DNA from: Bilabrum cf. latius
Taxonomy: Eukaryota
Assembly: GCA_965178125.1 (NCBI GenBank)
Contig: OZ237754.1
Coordinates: 744,001-808,000, forward strand
Reading direction: 5' to 3'
DNA length: 64,000 bases
Of the stretch, positions 51,989-63,686 are shown piece after piece. The notes below the pieces were generated by a model. The model did not search any database. It saw only the letters and a list, made by a program, of their open reading frames with translations, and was not told the DNA's origin. Position numbers and translations under genes: made by a program. The first letter of the stretch is position 1; every line of letters starts with the position of its first letter.

Positions 51989-52361
51989 CGGGATGGCGGG
52001 GTGGTGGAGCAGGCACGTGGTAGCATGGAGGGCGTGTGACGGGATGGCGGGGTGGTGGAGCAGGCACGTGGTAGTATGGAGGGCGTGTGACGGGATGGCG
52101 GGGTGGTGGAGCAGGCACGTGGTAGTATGGGAGGCGTGTGACGGGATGGCGGGGTGGTGGAGCAGGCACGTGGTAGCATGGAGGGCGTGTGACGGGGATG
52201 GCGGGGTGGTGGAGCAGGCACGTGGTAGCATGGAGGGCGTGTGACGGGATGGCGGGGTGGTGGAGCAGGCACGTGGTAGTATGGAGGGCGTGTGACGGGA
52301 TGGCGGGGTGGTGGAGCAGGCACGTGGTAGTATGGGAGGCGTGTGACGGGATGGCGGGGTG
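51950..52361 (+). repeat. 51-bp minisatellite, 8 copies (GTGGTGGAGCAGGCACGTGGTAGYATGGAGGGCGTGTGACGGGATGGCGGG)
   Basis: Units start at 51950, 52001, 52052, 52103, 52154, 52206, 52257 and 52308. Head-to-tail with no spacers; copy 5 has one extra G. Confidence 0.97.
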
Positions 52362-52812
52362 TAGTGTGTAGATCTAGTGTTAGCGCCGGTAGAGTCGGCA
52401 CCTGGAGGAGACCGGAGTGTGGACACGGAAGGGGTTATAGGAGGGAGGAAGGAGGTTGGGTCGCCACCAGAGAACTCGGGAGTGTGTTTTAAGCCGGCGA
52501 TGGCCAGCATTTAAATCATCATCTGTGCCAGCGCCTTCACAGTCAAGGGGCGCGGCCACCTATGGCAGGTAGGTGGTACCCGAAGGGGGGCGGGGAGTGG
52601 TGTCAGCCTCTGCGACCCGAATCCATAGGCGCTGCGACGGGAGGGACGCGCGCGTATGGACGGAGCGTATAGCCAGGAGGCATTCCAGTGTCGCTGCCCC
52701 GGCGGCCGGGCCAGGTGGCCTTGGTTCAGGTGTATGTTCCGCTGATCCCGATCTAGGTGCGCGGCGCCCCTTAAGATTCGGCGGCAATGTGGCCAGAACC
52801 GCCAGCGAATCA

Positions 52813-55255
52813 ATGCGGTCAGCCGCGCTTGTGGGCGTGATATGTGCAACCTATTGTTTGGGGTAGCGGCTTGAAATTTCGGAGAAGCCGGGGCGGCACA
52901 CATACTCGACAATGAATGTGTCCGTGGCATGGTCGGGCATGACTGGAGTGTCGAGCGAAGACTGGGTCGGACTGTTCGAAGCTGGAGCGGCTGCAAATGA
53001 TTACATATCATTTGTGCATGTTGATGTCGACGGTACCTGGCCATCAGGCAACGGTTCATACGACTTTCAAGTCCCGAACTACCGGACGACGCTTGAGGTG
53101 CGAGGATGCCGTTGCTTGCTATTCTTGGGTCTCTATTCGCACTATTGCCTGCCCGTATTGCTTGTGGTGTATCTTAACAGTGTGCATTTCGTGCTTATAC
53201 CCTACGCAGTTCCGCTATTACCTTGGGGATGGCTACGACAAACTCACCGCAACGAGTCGCACCTTCAACTTCACGTCACCACCGGGCAGCGACTCCACCG
53301 CGCAGCCGCAGTCCATCCACATCGCGCCAACCGGCACGAGTGGCGAGCTATTTGTGCAATGGATCTCCGCGTCCAAGACGCCCGCCCCAGTGGTGTACGT
53401 CTGGAAAGGCTCGAGCAGCACGGACGAGCGCCCGGACGTTGTCTTTCACGCGGCGAACAGCACCACGTATCTCGCGAGCGACCTCTGCAATGCGCCCGCA
53501 ACCACCGAATCATGGGCCTACTGGAAGCACCCGGGATTTACCCACACCGCGGTCGCCGCATAGCTCACACCGGGCGCCCTGTACTTGTACGCTGTCGGCC
53601 AGCCCAAGTCCCCTGCTGTGACGAGTGAATATGGGCGCGGCGACGGCGCCAGTGCCAAGCAGTGGCAAGGGATGAGCGAAATCTTCCAGTTCCACGCCCC
53701 CGGCGCGGCGCCCAAGACAGCGGAACCTGCCGGCGCTGTGGCCATGCGTCCAGCAAGCGGCGAATCGACGACAGTCCGCGACAACGGCAGGTCCGATTTC
53801 ACCTACATGATCGTGTACGCAGACATGGGCGTGGCTGCTTTCCCCGCGGCGGGGGGCACTGCCCTCCGTGTGACCGCCGAGATCGACCTGGCGCAATCCA
53901 CCGGTGGACTCGGCTGGCCGATGCCCGAGGCCGTGTGGCACGTGGGTGACATTTCTTACGCCGAGGGCCGGGTCAAGGTGTGGGACCAGTTCCAGGCTTT
54001 GATCGAGCCCATTGCGGCGCGGGTGCCATACCTGGTGACGGTCGGGTGAGTCGGTCTCGCACGCATGGGTTTTTCTTTTTTTTTCTTTTTTTCTTCCCCT
54101 GTCTTCCTAGCTTGCTTTGGGTTGTGGCGTGCCGCGGGGTACTAAGGGTCAAGCCCGTAGATCTAGATTCTAGGCTGTTTCTGGTGCATCGCACTGCAGC
54201 GCACTTTAGACGCCATCCCGTGTGGCTTTCTTGTCGACCATCGCTTCGTTATTGACCACCCCTACGTCTTTGACCACCTCCGCAGCAACCACGAGCAGTG
54301 CACGAGTGCCGACCCCAACGGCAACGACCCCTCGGGCGCCCCTGGACCCGCGGGGTATCACCCCGCATGGGGGGACATGGGCAACGACAGCGGGGGGGAG
54401 TGCGGGCTGCCGACCTCCCTCCGCTTCGCGGCCCCGACCCGGAGCCAGACCCCAGGGAACAACGGTGTGTGGTGGAACGCCGTGAACGTGGGCATGGCCC
54501 ACCTGGTGACCCTGGCGGGGGAACTTGACCTGTCCCCGGGCTCTCCCCAGTACAATTGGCTGGCCCGGCACCTGGCCACAGGGGTGGACAGAGCGGCCAC
54601 CCCCTGGCTCTTCATCGGGATCCACCGGCCCCTGTACAACAACGAGGCGTACGAGGGCGATTACAAGGTCTCGCAGCACCTGGCCGAGTTCCTCGAGCCG
54701 CTGCTCAGGGAACACGCGGTGGATGCGGTGCTCGCGGGGCACTACCACAGCGTGCTCGTCACATGCCCCATCGCGTTCGGACAGTGCGCCGACGGGGTGG
54801 CCAAAGGCACGCGGGAGCCAGGATCCGCCCGGACGCTGCTGGCAAAAGGCAGCGAGGCGGCGGTGCGAGAGGTCGACGCGAGGCTGAGGGAACAACAAGA
54901 ACTCAACGGACACGGGGCGGTGGAGGTGCTCGAGACCGCTGTGGAAGAAACCCGCTAGGGCCCCCACTCGTCACGGGGCCTCCTCCGCCACACCCGCTTC
55001 AGCCAGGGCAAGCTCAGGCAGCTCTACGAGCAGGGGCTGGCCTCCTCGCCAAACGCTACAGTGCACTACACCATCGGGTCCGCGGGCGCAGCCCTGGACG
55101 ACGTGACGCTGTACAGCGAGCCGTGGCGGGTGGATTTCTTCGACCTGGACTTCGGGTACCTTCGCGTGAATGCTACCCGAGAGACGGCCGTGCTGGACTA
55201 CGTGAGGAACGACCACGGCGACGTGCGGTACCGCCTCGAAATGACCAAGAACTGA
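52813..55255 (+). CDS. Secreted purple acid phosphatase (Fn3-like + metallophosphoesterase), 3 exons, ~696 aa
   Basis: Signal peptide MRSAALVGVICATYCLG*RLEIS; DWVGLF; PQSIHIA; PGFTHTAVAA*LTPGALYLYAVG; metal-ligand motifs YADMG, GDISYA, GNHE (split by intron 54046-54285), HRPLY, GHYH; HYTIGSAG; FGYLRV. Intron 1 at 53098-53209. TAGs at 52864, 53561 and 54956; TGA stop. Confidence 0.92.
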
Positions 55256-55423
55256 GTCTCAAATTGACTCAGCTGGCCATCCATCAGTCTTTGATAACCT
55301 TTTCTGCTTAACTGTTGGGACAAGATCGAGAGAGTGGTGGTGGATTGGTGTGCAGCTGCAGCTGCACTCTAGTGCGCAGTCCCGCTTCACGTATCACCGA
55401 CTAAGTTGCTCATATTTTAGAAT

Positions 55424-58400
55424 TTACAATGCAATGAGGCGCAACGCAGCACCGAGTCCAGCGAGAGCCATCGAGACTCCGGCATCCTCCCTCGAATCGC
55501 TGGCGCTGACCTTGACCGCCGCAAGCTCTTCCTCAAAGTCGTCCACGGCTTTCTCATCTGCATCCTGCATGCCAGCCAGCAGCCGCAGTCCGAGATGCTG
55601 CCTGTCGCCGCCAGAGGCACCGGCCCCGCCGCTCGGTCCGGCCTCCCAGCTGTGGCCCATCGTGAAGAGGAGCTCGGCGCAGTCCGCGCGGCTGGGCAGC
55701 GCCGCAGGTACTGCGGAACCGGCGCCGCGCGATTCGGAGAGGCCCTCCAGCGCCCACCCGCGGACCTGCTCCGTGGCCCCGGGGCCCAGCGCGGGCAGCA
55801 CAGCGGCCGCTGCCGATGCCACGTCAGGGGCCGCAGGTGCCCGCGGCATCCCCGCGCACAGCCGAGCCGCGGCGGGGTGCAGGAGAGCGCAGGCACCATC
55901 AGTCCAGCCGATCGGCGAGGAGGGGTCGTCGCCCTCGTCTTTTCCGACGCTGCTGTGCCCTGGGGAACACAGCCGCCGCCCGAGGCGGGCGGCCTCCCGC
56001 ACCACCTCGGCGGGGCTCTGCGCGCCACAGTGCGCTGCACCCCAGGCATCGCCCGAGCCGCGTCGACCGGTAGAGGCGGGGGCTGCCATCGAATAAGATC
56101 CGGAATCGTAACCGGGCCCGGACCCGGGACCGTCCTGGATCTGTCGCTGCCTCGCTTCCAGCACCGCCACTGGAGCCCCCGCTGCCTCGAGCATCAGCTG
56201 GCCCGAGGGAACAAAGGAGGCAGCCGCGCGGCGCCATGCCTGTTCCGCAGCAAGAGCCCCCGACACAGCACCCAACCCCGCGTCATCATCGCCATTCCCA
56301 CCGCCGTACGTCGAAGCCAGGGACCCCGCGCCATACCCACCCATGATGCCCCCGCTGGTGCCTGCATCGCCCCCCCCGTAACCGAAAGCGTACATGTCAC
56401 CCCCGGACCCACGGTGCGTCTGCAGTGCAGCTCCAAGCAGGCCAGCTCCCGCGCCCAGCACAACATCCCCGCCCGCGGCCATCTCGCCCCCCTCACACCT
56501 GTGCCCCGACTAGACCCCCCCCCCTGCTCCTCCTCCTGCGGTCCCACCATCACCCGACCCACTCGTTGCACCTTGTTCCCCGGGCATCTCAAGCACCCCC
56601 GCATAGGCCCCCCCGAGGCCCGGCCTGGAGGCCACCCCCACGCCCGCCGTGGCGCCCTCCCTCCTATCACCGCCTGCAAGGCACGCGCACCGGAATGCCT
56701 CGTCGGGGGCGTCAGCGGCCGCGCACAGACCCGTGGCAGCGGCCAGCAGGACCCTGCGGACCACCACGGAGGAGTTTCTCGCCGCGGAGGAACGTTCGCT
56801 GGTGGGACCCGGCGCGGCCGTGCCGCCAACCCTAGCCCCCTGCTGTTGTTCCCTCAACAGCCCCCCGCAGGCCAGTAGAAGGTCCACGGATTCGCGGATC
56901 CCCGCGACACCCCCCTCCAGCACCCGCACCAGCTCGGTCCTCGCGCCGGGCCCGGGCACCTCCCGGCCCCTGGCCCAGCCCGCCCGGGCCTTGGCCAGCA
57001 GCCCGGCGCAGCGGGCATCAGCGGCGGCCAGCGCGCCCTCGGCCGCCATGGCCGCCCCGGTTGCAACCAGCGGGAGCAGCTCACCCTCCGCGGCCCCCAC
57101 CGCCTGGACCGTGCTCGGGTCCAGCCGACCCGGGCCGGAGGAAGACCCGGAATCGGAAATGGAGGTGATAGCGCGCCAGGCGTCCGCCACCAGCTCCGCC
57201 GGGGGTGTCCTAGCCAAGCCGGCCAACAGCTCCCTGTTCCCCAGGTGTCCGTTGAGCTCTCCATGCTCCTCCTTGCCCTCCTCCCTCTGGCCCTACTCGT
57301 CTGTGGAGAGGTCCTGCAGGGACAGCGCCCCGCCCTCGGCTTGTTCCCTGGTTCCGACAGGATCGGACCCCGCGCCCTTCCCCCTGCCCTCATCCCCAGC
57401 CCCACGGGCCTCCCCCTAATACCCCCCCATGATTCGCGATTTCTCACTGGCCTCTAGCTCTGCCGCTTGTACCCTGGCCCTGGCGAGAGCCGTGACGGCC
57501 CGGCTGCAGGCACGTGCGGCCCTCCAAACCGCCGACGCACCCCCTCGGCCACTCTAGCCACCACTGCTGCTTTGGCCACCCTCCTGCAGCAGGCCGGCAG
57601 GGCCCGCCCCCCTCAGACGGAAGGCGGACTCCCCGGCCACAAAGGGCAGCGGCGCGGTCGCATCCACCTCCCACTGCACAGCCGCTTCCCGCGCCGATCG
57701 GGCCCCGGCAAGCAGTGCGCCCCGCTGGGAGCTCGAGCCGCTCTGACCACCGTACGTACCTCCAGGCCCCAGGTCGGATTCATCGAACGACCCAACCGAG
57801 TGCCCCCAGCCGCCCGTGTCGATACCGTACGACGCACCGTGCCTGGCGCGAAACGCGCGGCCCGCCGCCGCCAGCTGCAGGCAGCCGCGCGCAGCCGCGC
57901 ACACGCGCCGCACGTCTCCCGCCGCCCCGGCCCTCTCGGCCTCCCCCGCCAGCGTGTTCCCCAGAGTGACACCAAGCTCGTGCGCGTGCCCCACCGCCAG
58001 CTCGTCCGGAGCCACCCCGGCCCTCGCTGCACCGGCCGGGTCATACCCCCACCCCACCGCGGCATCGTACAGCGCCCCCCGCAGCAGCCCGACGGTCCCG
58101 CGCGAGGAGGAGGACGACGACGAGGAGATGGACGCTCCTGCAGGCATCGACGGTGCCCCGAAGGCTCCCACACCACCGTCCCCTGCACCCTGCATCATGA
58201 TACCCAGGGAACACCGCGCGAGGGCCAGCGCCTCTCCCTGCGCGCACAGCGCCTCCCGACCTCTCTGCGATAGCAAGGGCAAGAGGCCCAGCGCCCTGAG
58301 GCACAGCAGCACCCTGGCGTGCTGGGCGCTTTTGGCCTCGAGCAGCTGCAGAGCGCCGGATCGAACCCCGCTGGCGCGGACGAACTGCTTCCGGTCGCAG

Positions 58401-61400
58401 CCAGGGCCCGCGTCGGCCACGGTCCCGCGGGCCGCGGCGCCGTCAGCGGAACCTCTAGGCGGCCGGAAGGGCGCCGCGAGGACCATCTCGGAGACGTCCA
58501 TGACGGCGGCCGTCAGCCCCGGGACGCCCTCCTCCTCGGCGCTGTTCCCCAGGGAACAAGAGCTCCCGTCCGCGGCAGCGGCAGAGGCAGCAGGAGGCAT
58601 TGCCTGCCTCAGGGCCTAGAGACCAGAGGACACCGCGCCGGTGCTGCGCAGGAGCCCCCGCCCGCCGTCCCGGGCTACGGAACCGGCGGCGCCGCGCAGA
58701 CCCAGTGCCTGCAGCACGGCGGCCGCCTCCGGGCCTCCAGCAGTGCCTCCGTCCTCCCCTTCCTCCTCCTCCATGCCTCCAGCACCGCCCTGTCCCGCGT
58801 CCATGCCCGTGCCTATGTCCATGTCCATGCCCATGCCCTGCCCCATGCCAGTGCCCCTGGCCCTGGCCGCCGATACCCTGGCCCTGCCCTCCGCGAGGTC
58901 CTTCTGCAGCCCGCCCACGAAGGCGCGCAGGACCCTCTGGAGAGCGTCGGTCGTCATCGAGCGGCTGCGGCCGCCCGGGGCGGATGCGGCCGGCACCTGC
59001 AAGGGCTCGAGCTTCAGAGCCGCGGGCAGGCTACAGAGCGTGCCGGTGTCAGAGTCGGACCGAGCAGGGGCCACCGCTGCCAGGAGGAGAGCGGCGGGGA
59101 GCGGCAGCCGCTGGGGAACAGCGCCCGCCACCAGAACCAGGGAGTGGCGGTCCTCTTGTTCCCTAGATGGTAGGGCCCTTGCCACGTCACCGGTCCCGAA
59201 CACCAGACCTAGGAAAGGGAGGGCCGCCGCTGGGGAACACACGAGGGGTCCGGTGGCTCTCGGCAGGCGAGCGTGTTCCATGACCTGGTGGGACTGGGAG
59301 GATGCCGCGCGGATCACACCGACCCCGCCGCTGATTTGCCCAAGAGCGGCGACTCCTCCAGAGGCACTGCCCCCTTCCATTGCGAAGGCTGTGGGCATAG
59401 CGGAACTGCGGCGCCGCATGAGCACCAGCGGGTTGAGCTGGGGGGCCGCTCGGCCACTGCCCGCGCCACTCGCGGGGCCCATCTCCGCCGAGTCAGCCGC
59501 GGCCGCGCTCGTCACACCGATGCCGACGGCCTGCACGCCACGAACCGACGGCAGTAGCAGCACCCCACTGAGGATCCGGCCCCTGGCCAGCTCCTTCCCA
59601 CTCGTCACACCAACGTCGAGTCCCGCGATCCCGACCACGGGGCCCACCCTGCCCGCCGCCCCGCGAGCCGGCAGCAGCGGCAGCACCTCGCGGGCGGCCG
59701 GGCCGGTCAACCTGAGCGCCGCCACGTCCGGGATAGAGCGCAGGCCGTCCTGTCGTGGAGAGTGTAGGTCGATTTGTGTTCCGTTTCTCTTCCACCCGGC
59801 CGCGGCCACCCACGCCTCCTCGACCCACCCGCTCCTGACCCTGTCCAGCGGGGGCGCCTGCCCCCCCACGGCGCTATTGGCGTCCTGCGCCCCAAAGGCC
59901 AGCACCCCGACCGACGCCTCCTGGGTGCATCGCACTGCAAGAAGGGGCCAGTGCCGCGTGAGGGAGTGATCCCCCAGCATCGGCGGGGGACTCTGGGACG
60001 CCATCTCGGTGGCTGGGAGCGACGCGGGGCGGGGCAAGGCCCAGGGGCCGTCGTCGTGCGCGTCTTCGCCTCCGCTCGGCTGGTGCTGCTGGTGCGCGCT
60101 GGAATGCGACGCCTGGGTTCGTGTTCCCTGGCCTTCTCGGAGGATGGCAGGGGCCCCGGCGGTCCGCAGTGTGACGAGTGGGGAGCACCCGATGAGGGCT
60201 AGAAGGGGCACTGCGGGGGAGTAGGAGGACGAGGACGAGGCTGTACCTTGTTCCCTGGGCCCTTGTTCCCTACGTGATGAGGAGGACGAGGACGAGGAGG
60301 AGGAGGTGGGTGCCTCCTCGCCAATGCCCGTGCCCGAGCTGCTACCGCCAGCACTGTCACGCCCGGCCCTCAGGGGCGGCTGCCTGCTGGGTGCGGCGGG
60401 GGAGAACAGGTTCACCGCCGATCCGATCAGCGAGCCCAGGAAACCGGAACTTTCGGTGGGCTGGTCGTCGCGGGGCGGCGTGCCTGGCTCTTCTGGCGAG
60501 TCACCACCGCCCGCTGTGACGTCATCACCCGCTGTGACGTCATCGCCAGGCTCCTACGACTCTCCACCAGATGTCCCGTCCGATATCTAGGCCCTCGCAT
60601 GCCGCTCAAGCCAGTCCGCTGGAGATGCCCCGGGCAGCACCAAAGAAGCCGCGGCGTGCAGCGCCCCCGGCCCGGGCAGCCTGAATCGAGTGAGCGAATA
60701 CACGGGGGACTCGGAATCGGGCGCAGCACCATGCAGTGCACCGTCCAGTGAGCTGCCAGCGTGGTACGCCGCGACGCACAGCTCCATGCCGAGCCCAGCT
60801 GCCGACGAACCGTCCGAGCCGGAGCCCGAGCCACTTGTGGTGGACTCCACGTCCGACAGGACGAGGACACCTCCAGCAGCGGCGCCGCGCATCTTGCGAA
60901 ACCGCATGCGCGGCATGTGACTACCCGACTGCATCGATCCGATCCCCAGGAGCGGCACCGTCTCGGCGTTGTTCCCCGGCCCTGCCGCCGCGGCTGCCGC
61001 CACCACCACCAGGGGAGAGTGCGCCACCTCCGCAGCGCTTCCGCTGCTTCCGCTGGTGGTGACCCGGGGCCGAGGCAGGCCACCGCGCGCAGTCCGCAGC
61101 GCCGCTCTCAGTGCCGGCTCAAGGGGGGCGACCCACGCCAGGCACGGGGGTACAGCGTCTGCCTGTGCCGAGGTGTCGTCGTCCTGGACCAGTGGCATGG
61201 GCGTCAGCACGTAGCAGCAGGACACGGAGTCAGTTATGACCACCACTTGGGCGCACACCATGGTCACCGACCCACTCGTCACATCGTGGTCTCCAAGGGC
61301 CTTCCCATTGCCAGAATCATCAGCGGCAGCAGCATCAGCTACCCCAGCCCCCGCACCCGCCCCAGCCCCAGCCCCCACCGCTGAGGTCAGTGGCACGCAG

Positions 61401-63405
61401 GCGGCAGGGACCTAGACTCTCGCGAGGCCGATCCTGGTCGCATCCACCACCCCCCCAAGACCCCCCCGGCCCCCGTCTCTTCTGCCGGGCTGCCCGGCCC
61501 CCGCCAGGCAAGCAGCAGCAAGGGCGCCCATGGGGTCGCTGCCCGCATCGAGCACGGCGGAATCAGATCCAAAGCCAGAACCAGAAATGCCTGCACCAAA
61601 ACCGGCACCGGCGCCGGCGCCTGAACCTGTTGCATCTACTGCGCTGCTGTTACCTCCGCTGCTGCCTCCGCTGCTGTTGCCTCCGCTGCTGCCGATAGGA
61701 GACTCAACCAGGGAAGCCTCAGGCCACTGCCGGGCAGACACGTGCACCGCCGCGCCCCTGCCTTTGCCCGCCCACTCGATCTCTTTCTCCAGCAGCGCCT
61801 CGCCCAGTCGGCTTGCGCCCCCGCTTGTTCCCTCGAGTGACACCGCTCGGGACGCCTCCATGGCGCCCTCATTCCATGCCGCCCGAGCCGCGGCATCGAG
61901 CACCTCGGCCTAGCTGCCCATACCAGTTGTTCCCTGGGATCCAGCGCTGGAGCTGCGGAGGGCCGCGAGACAGGTCCCCGCGTCTGCCTTGGAGGCAAGC
62001 AGGGGTGGCAAAAGGCGCACCGCCGTCCTGGCCCTGGCCAAACTGGCGGGGCCCGCCAGCCCCGCGATCCCCGGAGCGGACACACGGCCCGATAGACGGA
62101 CCGTCTGGCTGTGCGCCGGCCTGCGCATTACCCTGGTGTTGACCTGGAGGACTGTTCCCCGGGTGCCCGCGAGGAGCCACGCGTCCACGCACCCGGACCC
62201 GGCCACGGCCTGGGCGGCGGCGCGCGCCGGGCTCGGCTGCTGCTGCGGGGACCGTGTGACGAGTGCGAGCTGGTCCGGAGGCGGCTGGGGGCACTTGCCC
62301 GCCTGCAGGGCGGTCACAGCTTCCCACGGCAGCAGCGGAGCCTCCCCCGGGCTCGCAACCCAGTGGGGAGCCCTGCAGGTTGCAACCGGCACGTCCACGG
62401 TGCGGCCCGGCCGCGCGACCGAAGGGATGGTCAGTGTGGTCGCGATCCGATCCGCGGTGCACCACGCCGCGAGCCGGCCCTCCACAGAGGCGGCCATGAC
62501 CACGAGGCACGGCTGCAGCTGGGCGGGGCCCCTTGTTCCCTAGGGGAGCACCTGCGGAACTACCGCTGCACTAACGGCCACTGTGCGCGGCGCCAATCGG
62601 AACCCGTCGTTGTCTGCTGGATCGACTTCGGGGGCAAGCTGGCAGCCCTTGGCAGTGGCCGAGGCAGGCCCCAGCCCCAGCATGAGCACCTTCGGCTGGG
62701 GGGCGGACTGCTGCGCCTCGGGTCCTGCAGAAGGCGGCGGCATGTCTGTGTCTCGGTGGTGTGACGAGTGCGGCGGCTGCCACAGCATGAGGAGCGTGCC
62801 GGCCGAGGCCCACCGCCAGCGGGCGGGGGGGCACGGGGTGTGAGCGATGCCGGGAGTGTCCGCCCGGCCGACGCACACATCAACATCTGCGACGAGGACG
62901 ATGCGGCGCGATTAAAGTGCGTGAAAAATGTCGGTCAGTGCGAGGAGGTGGCACTGCCAGTGTCGTCGCGGGGAATCGCGTAAAAAAGTAGGTGCGCAGC
63001 AGCAATCTACGCCGAATCGCTGGGGCGGAGCTCGTTCATGGTCATCTGCACCTAAACCAAGTTCAACACGAGTTAGTGCATAGGTGCTTGTATTGCTCTC
63101 TTACGTTCTCTGGTTGCCACACGCAGCATGTGCTCCACGAGCAAGGGGTATCCGCGGTCCGTGCCATCCTCTAGTTGCAAAATAGTATCAGGGCCGGCTT
63201 CAGCCAAGCTCGACCCATTTTCAAGTCCCACCCTCTGCACCGAGCGGATAAACCCAGTTCCGCCTTGTGTCTTGTTTCGCTTAGCGGCACGTTCGTCCCC
63301 GCCTGGGGTACCGGCGGCCCGCTTACTCCCAATTACTGCGACTCCACCGCCGGGAGTCTTGGGCAGTTTATGAATACTTCCACCTGGAGCGGATATTTCA
63401 TCCAT
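55424..63405 (-). CDS. NUP133: Nucleoporin Nup133-like protein, 2 exons, ~2587 aa
   Basis: Exon 1 63105-63405, phase-1 intron 62887-63104 (GTAAGA...CGCAG), then one frame across 10 TAGs (62540, 61910, 61412, 60587, 60554, 58616, 57554, 57416, 57293, 56510) to TAA 55424. Recalled Nup133-like blocks: WRWASAGTLLMLW, VMAASVEGRLAAW, and LQLLEAKSAQHARVLLCLRALGLL...REALCAQGEALALA. Confidence 0.6.
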
Positions 63406-63686
63406 GTCACAGTCCTCTTAGTGGGCTTGGCTGGCAATGTCTTCAAAGATAGCTCGCGTTGCGTGAAAACTCCAAAGCAATACTCAGAAGAGCGGTAGCG
63501 ACAACCGAGCAAACAATTGTATGCACGGGATTAAGATGTGCTGCGAGGGTCAATCCAGCCCTAGTTGCCGTTTACGCCGCACTCTGCTTTTTTACTAGGG
63601 TGAAGGTTCGTCAATCCGGATGGCTCGTCAAGTCGGAATGGGCATTCAAACTGCAATTCGCGTGTAGCTCGCCGAATTTTCGCTAA

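Noticed and set aside
51950-52361. CRISPR array
   Set aside because: Units are contiguous with no unique spacers, there are no cas genes, and the context is eukaryotic.
63073-63075. TAA ending ORF 63073-63405
   Set aside because: It lies inside the predicted intron 62887-63104, within a CTAAC branch-like motif.
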